From a bacterium (lineage in GTDB: Bacteria; BMS3Abin14): a stretch of 12,149 nt of DNA. The notes under the pieces were generated by a model. The model was not told the origin of the DNA. It saw only the letters and a program-made list of their open reading frames with translations, and searched no databases. Position 1 is the stretch's first letter; each line of letters opens with the position of its first letter. The stretch is taken from assembly GCA_020349685.1 (NCBI GenBank), contig CP070698.1, positions 1,620,288 through 1,632,436 of the forward strand. Direction: 5' to 3'. Position numbers and translations under genes: made by a program. This document shows positions 5,913-12,149 of the stretch, piece after piece.

Positions 5913-6854
5913 ATGGAAAAGATAACCCGTAGAAAATTCCTGTCGGTAAGTCTGGCAGGGGCCGCGGCCGGAGCCTTTTGTATGTCGGGCCGGGCTCTGG
6001 GCGCGGGCAATTTCTCGGGATACCCGGAAGGGATGGGTGTCCTGGTGGACCTGACGCGCTGCATCGGCTGCAGGACGTGCGAGGCCGCCTGCAACCGGGA
6101 GCAGAAGCTGCCGGCGCCGGCCGTTTCCTTCGATGACCCGTCGGTCTTTGACCTCGAATACCACGAGGGGCATAAGCGCAGGACCGACGAGAACGCCTTC
6201 ACCGTTGTGAACAGATACGACCAGCCCCAGGGAGAGCCTGTCTACCGGAAGATACAGTGCAACCACTGCAACGAGCCGGCGTGCCTGACCTCCTGTTTCG
6301 TCAACGCCTACACGAAGACGAAAGAAGGGGCCGTGATCTACGATCCCAAGGTCTGCGTGGGATGCAGGAACTGCATGATCGCATGTCCCTTCCGCATCCC
6401 GGCCTACGCCTACTCCAGCGCTCTCAATCCGGTGGTCCGGAAGTGCATTTTCTGCTACGACACCCGCCTGAAATCAGGCAGGCCGCCAGCCTGCGTCGAG
6501 ATCTGCCCCCAGGAGGCGCTGGTCTTCGGTCACAGGAAGAACCTCCTGAAGATCGCCCACGAGCGGATCCGGGGCAACCCCGACAGCTACGTCGATCATG
6601 TTTATGGAGAGTACGAAGTGGGCGGCACGGCATGGGTCTACCTCTCGGGGGTGCCCTTCGAGGAGGTGGGTTTTGACACGGACATCCAGAAGGAGCCCAT
6701 CCTAGCCAATGCCCAGAGTTTTCTCTCCCAGGTCCCCATGGTCCTCGCCATCTGGCCGGCCCTTTTCCTGGGCTTCCACCGGCTGTCGACCAAGGGCGGT
6801 GAACCGGAAGATGCAAAAGGTGGCAAATCTGAATCAGAGGGGGTGCGGTCATGA
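5913..6854 (+). CDS. hmcB: Tat-exported 4x[4Fe-4S] electron-transfer subunit, HmcB/HybA family (313 aa)
   Basis: TRRKFL twin-arginine signal; four Cys groups CIGCRTCEAAC, CNHCNEPACLTSC, CVGCRNCMIACP and CIFC...PACVEICP; HVYGEYEVGGTAWVYLS; C-terminal TM VPMVLAIWP as in HmcB. Start re-called to ATG 5913 (AGGAGG at 5901-5906). Confidence 0.92.
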   Translation: MEKITRRKFLSVSLAGAAAGAFCMSGRALGAGNFSGYPEGMGVLVDLTRCIGCRTCEAACNREQKLPAPAVSFDDPSVFDLEYHEGHKRRTDENAFTVVNRYDQPQGEPVYRKIQCNHCNEPACLTSCFVNAYTKTKEGAVIYDPKVCVGCRNCMIACPFRIPAYAYSSALNPVVRKCIFCYDTRLKSGRPPACVEICPQEALVFGHRKNLLKIAHERIRGNPDSYVDHVYGEYEVGGTAWVYLSGVPFEEVGFDTDIQKEPILANAQSFLSQVPMVLAIWPALFLGFHRLSTKGGEPEDAKGGKSESEGVRS

Positions 6855-8197
6855 GATCCCTGGTCAAGAACGGTTATCAGCCTGTCACTTCCGCGATAGA
6901 GGAAGGCAGTGAGAGGCGCTGGAGTTTCACGGACAAACTTTTCCTCGGCCTGACGCCCCGTGAATACTTGCGGCAGGCGCTGAAGAACCCCTTTAACTGG
7001 ATCCTGGGAGCCATCTTCGCCGTCGGTTTCCCTCTGATCCTGTACCGGTTCATCTTCGGGCTCGGCGCAGTGACCCACTCTTCCAACGATTATCCCTGGG
7101 GACTTTTCCTCGGATTTGGTCTTTTCGTGATGGTGCCCCTTTCCGCCTCCGGCTTCCTGCTCGGGACGACGGTGGAGCTTTTCGGGCGGAAGGATTTCAA
7201 GCCCATAGAGCGCCTGGCCCTGCTCAACGGCCTCATGGGATACTTCTTTGCAGTGGTCTACCTCCTTGTGGACCTGGGCCAGCCCTGGCGCCTGCCTTAC
7301 CCCATGGTCGTGGCCTGGGGCACGGCGGCGGTGCTTTTCCTTGTGGGCTGGCACGTCGCCACCTACCTCACCGTCCAGATGATGGAGGTTTCGGAGGCTT
7401 TCTTCGAGTGGGCCCATTGGCCCATGGCGAAGAGGTTCATCAAGAGAATCACCATCGGCCTGACCATTGCCGGTATCATCCTGTCCACGCTGCACCAGGG
7501 AGCCCTGGGAGCCCTCTTTACCTACGCTCCCACCAAGGTCCATCCTCTGTGGTACTCCCAGGAGTTCCTGTGGATATTCTTCTTTGTCTCCAGCATATTC
7601 GCGGGGCTTTGCATGGTGATCTTAGTGAGCACGGTGGTCAAAAAGACGATGGCCTGGAGGTGCAGCGAAGAGTGGCTGGCCAAACTCGACAGCCAGACCC
7701 TGGGCCTGGCCAAGGGAGCCAGCATGGCTCTCATCACCTACTTTGTGATCAAGATCATCGGAGTGGCTCACGACAACGAGTGGGCCTACATAGGAACGGG
7801 TTGGGGCCAGTGGTTCATGTTCGAGCTGTTCGCCGGGGTCCTGCTCCCCCTGGTGACCCTCAGTTACGGGATCAGGTTCCAGCGTGTTGGCCTGGTCCGG
7901 TTCGGGGCTTTTATCGCTGTGGCCGGAATCGTTATAAACAGGCTCAACACGGCGATCATCACCTTCAACTGGAACCTCTATCAGGAGATCCCCCACCTGT
8001 TCGAGGTGGTCATCTCGGTCACGCTCTTTGCGGTCTACATCACAACCTACCGTTTCATCCTGTACCGGCTGCCCATCGTCTACGCCTGGAAAGCAGTGCC
8101 GGTTGAGGTCATGGAGAGGGTGACGGAAGTGGGCAGGGTCCCGGGTGTCATCGGCCAGCCCACAGGAGCTTTCTCGGAGGCGAAGGTACCTGATTGA
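6851..8197 (+). CDS. hmcC: NrfD/PsrC-family integral membrane subunit, HmcC/HybB-like (448 aa)
   Basis: ATGA overlap with the FeS gene; about 10 hydrophobic segments; motifs YPWG, DLGQPWRLPYP, LSTLHQGALG, KVHPLWYS, FFFVSS and NRLN. Confidence 0.9.
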   Translation: MRSLVKNGYQPVTSAIEEGSERRWSFTDKLFLGLTPREYLRQALKNPFNWILGAIFAVGFPLILYRFIFGLGAVTHSSNDYPWGLFLGFGLFVMVPLSASGFLLGTTVELFGRKDFKPIERLALLNGLMGYFFAVVYLLVDLGQPWRLPYPMVVAWGTAAVLFLVGWHVATYLTVQMMEVSEAFFEWAHWPMAKRFIKRITIGLTIAGIILSTLHQGALGALFTYAPTKVHPLWYSQEFLWIFFFVSSIFAGLCMVILVSTVVKKTMAWRCSEEWLAKLDSQTLGLAKGASMALITYFVIKIIGVAHDNEWAYIGTGWGQWFMFELFAGVLLPLVTLSYGIRFQRVGLVRFGAFIAVAGIVINRLNTAIITFNWNLYQEIPHLFEVVISVTLFAVYITTYRFILYRLPIVYAWKAVPVEVMERVTEVGRVPGVIGQPTGAFSEAKVPD

Positions 8198-8250
8198 CGT
8201 AAGAACCTGGAAGGCCCCGGCGGGGCAGGTCTCTGACGAAAGGAAGGGAG

Positions 8251-9075
8251 ATGTTCAAGCATTTCGCCACCAGGGAGATCATCAACGTGGCAGCGGTGGT
8301 GACCGGATTCACCGTCGTCTGCTGCATCCTGCTCTACACTTTCATCAAAGCGGACATGAAGCAGGACTACATCCGTTACGAGGCCGACCTCGCCGACACG
8401 ATCCTGCGGTCCATGAGGCACGCCATGATGCGCTCGGACAGCGGCAGCATTCAGGAGATCATCATCGACGTGGGTGAGCTCGACCGCGTCGAGTACGTCC
8501 GGGTCTTCAGGTGCACAGGCGTTGTCAGCTTCTCGAACAACGCACAAGAGATAAACAACACCTACGCCGGTGAAACGGAGGTCTGCGCAAAGTGCCACAG
8601 GAACGGGGACCCCGCCACCGGCCTGGAAACGATGGAGAAAGCCAGCACTTACAGTAACAGACAGGGACTCCAGATCATGAGCATCGTAACACCGATCCGC
8701 AATGAGCCCGGTTGCCTGGTGGGGGACTGCCATGCCGGGCAGGACGAAAAACCCCTGCTCGGCATCCTGGACATCGGTCTCAGCCAGCAGCAGGTGGAAC
8801 ATTCCCTGGCAAGACTGCGGTTGCGTATGGTCATCTTTTGCGTCATGATTCTCATATTGAGTATTGCGGGGGTGACCGCTCTTCTTTGGCGCAGCGTGAT
8901 GCAGCCCTTGGGTGAACTCGTGGATTTTGCCAGCCGATGTTACGAGGGGAAACATGGGGATGAGGCACCACTGGGTACCAGCGAGATCAACGAGATCGGG
9001 GAGATCCTGCGGAAGTTTGCGGTGGAAAGGTCGGTCCCGCCGGCCAAATCCCAAAAGGAGGACGACCTTTCTTAA
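8251..9075 (+). CDS. Membrane sensor with periplasmic c-heme motifs and a degenerate HAMP, no output domain (274 aa)
   Basis: Two TM helices flank a periplasmic domain with CAKCH (8584-8598) and NEPG-CLVGDCH (8713-8733). HAMP-like QPLGEL...SEINEIG is followed by a stop. Collinear with the sensor part of 10269-11819. Confidence 0.85.
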   Translation: MFKHFATREIINVAAVVTGFTVVCCILLYTFIKADMKQDYIRYEADLADTILRSMRHAMMRSDSGSIQEIIIDVGELDRVEYVRVFRCTGVVSFSNNAQEINNTYAGETEVCAKCHRNGDPATGLETMEKASTYSNRQGLQIMSIVTPIRNEPGCLVGDCHAGQDEKPLLGILDIGLSQQQVEHSLARLRLRMVIFCVMILILSIAGVTALLWRSVMQPLGELVDFASRCYEGKHGDEAPLGTSEINEIGEILRKFAVERSVPPAKSQKEDDLS

Positions 9076-9177
9076 GGTGACCGGGGAGGGGGAATCATCA
9101 ATAACCCTGTCACCGACCGCCCTGGGGGGCGAAATCAGGAAAGGCAACCGGTTCGATCACACGCGGGATAGCTGCCA

Positions 9178-9690
9178 ATGAGTGATGATCGGACCGGTGC
9201 CCCCCGGGTTAAGCCTGAAGTCATAGAGGAGACCTCGCAGCAGGTTTCCCAGGTCCGGGAAAGGATCAAAAGCCTGCGAGCCCGAGCGAGGCTGGGGGGA
9301 TGGGGGCTGGCCGCCTACGTCACCGTGAGCGTGCTCTCCATCCCCGACAGTCATCTCCTGCCGGCCCTTTCCGAGTCTGTCCGCCGTTTCCTCGGTGCTG
9401 CCCCGCCTTCCAACCTCATCAGTATTGCCCTCGTGGTCTACGCCTTTTCCGCCCTCACTCTCATCCTCGCGCGCATCGCCCAGGGATCGGGCACCTACAA
9501 AGGGTGGTCCCACCTGCTGTACATCACATCCTTCTATATTTTCTTCGGGTTCGCCGGGACCCTCCGTGAAACCTACTGGGCCGTTTTCGTATCCGGCCTC
9601 CTCATAATGGGCCTGGAGAACTACCTGATACGGAATTACGTCTCGGAGGAGATCAGAAGGGAGGAGAGGAAGCTGAAAGGCGGTTTCTAG
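9178..9690 (+). CDS. 4-TM membrane protein of unknown function, candidate accessory subunit of the quinol oxidoreductase (170 aa)
   Basis: N-terminal coiled/basic region, then four hydrophobic segments (GLAAYVTVSVLSI; LISIALVVYAFSALTLIL; GWSHLLYITSFYIFFGF; YWAVFVSGLLIMGLE). Co-oriented with the cluster, with matching codon style. Confidence 0.8.
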   Translation: MSDDRTGAPRVKPEVIEETSQQVSQVRERIKSLRARARLGGWGLAAYVTVSVLSIPDSHLLPALSESVRRFLGAAPPSNLISIALVVYAFSALTLILARIAQGSGTYKGWSHLLYITSFYIFFGFAGTLRETYWAVFVSGLLIMGLENYLIRNYVSEEIRREERKLKGGF

Positions 9691-9929
9691 TTTCCAGGGT
9701 CTGGTGTCTAGATAATTGAAGGTTTGGAGTTCTGGGTCCGATATCATTAATGCGGTGGACAACCAGTCCGTGTTATTGAGAGTCTCACGCTTCTTCGCAA
9801 GTGGTATCTGTTCGGCCGCTGGGGACGTATTCAACGCCTGCTTGATTCTGCGGAGTAACCGCGACGTCTTTTGGCATTAATAAAGGAATTCTCTCTTCTT
9901 CCAGAAACTAGACCCCAGAAACTAGACAC
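9687..9929. repeat. Inverted pair of AAACTAG-type heptamer arrays bracketing about 200 bp
   Basis: The reverse complement of CTAGTTTCCAGGGTCTGGT (9687-9705) matches ACTAGACCCCAGAAACTAG (9907-9925) at 16/19. The right arm contains CCAGAAACTAGAC twice. Confidence 0.6.
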
Positions 9930-9930
9930 T

Positions 9931-9980
9931 CAAGATCTGGTCCGATTATTTAGGCTCTATAATTACCGGACCAGATCTTG
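9931..9980. repeat. Perfect 14-bp inverted repeat with 22-nt AT-rich spacer
   Basis: CAAGATCTGGTCCG (9931-9944) and CGGACCAGATCTTG (9967-9980); the spacer contains TATAAT (9958-9963). Confidence 0.85.
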
Positions 9981-10059
9981 GTGTATACTTACACTAAACA
10001 CCGGTAAATTGGGGCCCGGGCCGCGACAAAGCCGAAGAACGCTCGACTGGATGAAGGGA

Positions 10060-10249
10060 CGACTGAGCGGCTTAGCGATTTAAGCGAGCTTACGAAAAAG
10101 ACATAATCTGGATTACCGGAAGGGCGAAAAAATGAGCGAGCCCCGACTCAATCGTTTTGTTTTACGCTTTATCGCTCCGTCGCTTCGTCGCCCGTTCGCC
10201 ATGTCGGAAGACCCTTCGCTCAGTCGCCTAGCCGCTCAGTCGCTCAGTC
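10060..10249. repeat. Inverted pair of octamer (TCGCTCAG) tandem arrays
   Basis: CGACTGAG CGGCTTAG CGATTTAA at 10060-10083; TCGCTCCG TCGCTTCG TCGCCCGT TCGCCATG at 10172-10203; TCGCTCAG TCGCCTAG CCGCTCAG TCGCTCAG at 10216-10247. Perfect 13-bp complement between 10060-10072 and 10230-10242. Confidence 0.75.
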
Positions 10250-10268
10250 AAATAAAGGGGGGGCACGC

Positions 10269-11819
10269 ATGCGTCTGGGCCTGATGATCAAATTCTCCAT
10301 TATCAGCGCTCTTGTTCTGCTCTTTACCATGAGCCTCTTCACCCTTTTTAACATCGCGGGGCTCAGGAGGGCTTTCATGGACGTCTACACCAACGATGTG
10401 GACAACCTGAGCGAGACGATCATTGCCACCACCAGTCACGCCATGCTTTCCGGGGAGGTGGACGAGGCTTACCAGCTCATGGAGAGGGCCGGGACACAGG
10501 AGAACATTAAGAATATACGCCTCATCGACAAACACGGTACCATCCGTTTCTCCCTGAAAAAGGAAGAGATCGGCACCTTCGTGGACAGCAGCCGCGATCC
10601 GGGCTGTGACATGTGCCATTTTGCGGGGGAGCCGAGGGTCCAGGCTTCCACCATGGATCGAAGACGGGTGTTCCCGGTCTCGGAAGGTGAGGAGGTCCTC
10701 GGCGTCATCAGAGGGATCTATAACGAACCCGCATGCTCGGAGGCATCGTGTCATTACCATCCGGCCGACGTGAACCTTCTCGGCGTACTCGATATCGTCG
10801 TTTCCACCAAAGAGGTCGTGGCCCAGATCACCAGTTACAGGAACAACGTCCTCGTGGAACTCGTCTTTCTCGTCATCGCCCTCTCACTCTGCCTGAACCT
10901 GCTGACGCGAAAACTCATTACCCACCCCGTCAACACCCTGCTGGATCACACCAGGATGCTTTCCCGTGGCGAGTGGGGCTATATCGAAAATATTACAAAC
11001 GACGAGTTCGGGGAACTGGCCGAATCCTTCAATGACATGACCAGAAGCCTCAAGAAGGCCGAAGAGGAGAGGGAAAGGTGGGCCGCCACCCTGGAGACCA
11101 AGGTCGAGGAGCGGACCCAGCAGATAAAGGAGATGCAGTCGGTCATCGTCCGTTCGGAGAAGCTGGCTTCCCTCGGTGAACTGGCGGCCGGCATCGCCCA
11201 CGAGCTCAACAATCCGCTGACAGGGATCGTCCTCCACGCTTCCATCATCGAGGAGAACCAAGACCTTCCGCCCCGGGTCAAGGAGGAGATCGGCACCATA
11301 ACCTGGGAGGCCGACCGCTGCGCCAGGATCGTCAAGAACCTTCTCGATTTTTCCAGGAAGACGGAGCCGCGCAAAGGCATGAACAGCGTGAACGAGACCC
11401 TTGACAGGGCCCTCGGGCTGGTCGAACACCTGGCCAGCTTCCATAATATCGACATCGTCAGGGAGTACGCCGATAACCTGCCGGACCTGCTCATCGATCC
11501 GGGTCAGATGGAACAGGTCTTCGTTAACATGTTCGTTAACGCGAGCCAGGCCATGGAAGATGGCGGGAAACTTATTCTCTGGACCGGCTTGGACGTGGAC
11601 GGGGAATCGGTCATCGTGCGGATAAAGGATACAGGACGCGGGATCCCCAAGGGCCATCTCGGCCGCATCTTTGATCCCTTCTTCAGCACCAAGGGAGCCA
11701 AAGGGACCGGTCTGGGCCTCTCCGTTTCCTACGGCATCATCGAGGGGCACGGAGGGACAATAGAGGTGCAAAGCGAGGTTGGGAAGGGGACGGAGTTTAC
11801 GATCACAATTCCTGTTTAG
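10269..11819 (+). CDS. Sensor histidine kinase with periplasmic c-heme motifs, HAMP, HisKA and HATPase_c (516 aa)
   Basis: Two TMs; CDMCH (10605-10619) and NEPA-CSEASCH (10734-10754); HAMP (DEFGELAESFNDM); H box AHELNNPL; N box QVFVNMFVNA; G1 DTGRG; F box FDPFFST; G2 GTGLGL. Confidence 0.96.
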   Translation: MRLGLMIKFSIISALVLLFTMSLFTLFNIAGLRRAFMDVYTNDVDNLSETIIATTSHAMLSGEVDEAYQLMERAGTQENIKNIRLIDKHGTIRFSLKKEEIGTFVDSSRDPGCDMCHFAGEPRVQASTMDRRRVFPVSEGEEVLGVIRGIYNEPACSEASCHYHPADVNLLGVLDIVVSTKEVVAQITSYRNNVLVELVFLVIALSLCLNLLTRKLITHPVNTLLDHTRMLSRGEWGYIENITNDEFGELAESFNDMTRSLKKAEEERERWAATLETKVEERTQQIKEMQSVIVRSEKLASLGELAAGIAHELNNPLTGIVLHASIIEENQDLPPRVKEEIGTITWEADRCARIVKNLLDFSRKTEPRKGMNSVNETLDRALGLVEHLASFHNIDIVREYADNLPDLLIDPGQMEQVFVNMFVNASQAMEDGGKLILWTGLDVDGESVIVRIKDTGRGIPKGHLGRIFDPFFSTKGAKGTGLGLSVSYGIIEGHGGTIEVQSEVGKGTEFTITIPV

Positions 11820-11828
11820 ACAGGAATT

Positions 11829-11973
11829 GCGATCCGTGACCAGTGACTAGTGATTCGTGATTGGATGATTACCACGATCCGTGATCCGTAATTAACAAAT
11901 TTACTTTTCAAACTGACTGTGTTGTTTGGGTGTGTATTTCGAGTTACGAGTCACGAATAACGAATCACGGATC
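11829..11973. repeat. Inverted pair of heptamer (GTGATTC) arrays between convergent genes; possible bidirectional terminator
   Basis: Left arm GCGATCC GTGACCA GTGACTA GTGATTC GTGATTG (11829-11863) plus ACGATCC GTGATCC GTAATTA (11874-11894). Right arm GAGTTAC GAGTCAC GAATAAC GAATCAC GGATC (11941-11973). GATCCGTGA and TCACGGATC pair perfectly. Confidence 0.8.
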
Positions 11974-12149
11974 TATCCCTTCACCCCCCTCTCCTTCACC
12001 GAGATCCCCTGCTTCTTCAACAGGGACTGGAAGTTGGGCCGCAACATGCCAACCTCTTGGGCGGCCCGGGTTACGTTCCAGTCGTTGCGCTCGAGGGCGG
12101 CCAGGAGGAACGCCTGCTCCAGGGGTTTGACCGCGTCCTCCCGGAGCTT
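11973..12149 (-). CDS. C-terminal Fis-type HTH of a probable sigma54-dependent (NtrC-family) transcriptional activator; gene starts beyond the window
   Basis: Minus strand from 12149 reads KLREDAVKPLEQAFLLAALERNDWNVTRAAQEVGMLRPNFQSLLKKQGISVKERGVKG* (stop 11973-11975), matching the LExxxlxxAL...WNVtxAA..lG HTH_8 pattern. Not in the ORF track. Confidence 0.9.
   Translation of the reverse strand, partial: KLREDAVKPLEQAFLLAALERNDWNVTRAAQEVGMLRPNFQSLLKKQGISVKERGVKG

Noticed and set aside
5913-8197. Calling these genes hydrogenase-2 hybAB or polysulfide/nitrite reductase subunits
   Set aside because: No hydrogenase, molybdopterin or NrfA catalytic gene in the cluster; the sequence features are closer to HmcB/HmcC.
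8912-9181. 89-aa ORF as a frameshifted continuation of the orphan sensor
   Set aside because: No H-box, methyl-accepting or GGDEF motifs, so it does not restore an output domain.
9690-10268. CRISPR array or known ncRNA in the repeat-rich gap
   Set aside because: Repeats are 7-8-nt tandem units without unique spacers, there are no cas genes, and no tRNA or riboswitch consensus was recognised.
11930-12130. 66-aa plus-strand ORF
   Set aside because: It is translated heptamer repeat (YESRITNHG) plus the antisense of the Fis-HTH gene.

Overview
GC-rich bacterial DNA whose gene content and regulatory style suggest Desulfobacterota/Deltaproteobacteria (inference). The left part holds the 3' end of a PDZ-domain protein, a small ribbon-helix-helix-like gene with a triple-repeat operator, a secreted low-complexity protein, and a minus-strand YifB/ComM AAA+ ATPase. 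From 3811 on is one coherent locus. A sigma54 promoter with IHF sites drives two paralogous small membrane proteins flanking an Asp-less pseudo-receiver. After an internal terminator comes a reduced Hmc-like electron-transfer module: HmcD-like peptide, pentaheme class III cytochrome c, Tat-exported HmcB-like 4x[4Fe-4S] protein and HmcC/NrfD-type membrane subunit, with no HmcE/F or catalytic subunit. It is followed by a kinase-less di-heme membrane sensor, a 4-TM protein, and a paralogous full di-heme histidine kinase. The C-terminal Fis-type HTH of a convergent probable sigma54 activator lies at the right edge and was missed by the ORF track. Several intergenic gaps carry different 7- or 8-mer tandem arrays, some as inverted pairs. 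All family assignments are from motif recognition only; no searches were run.
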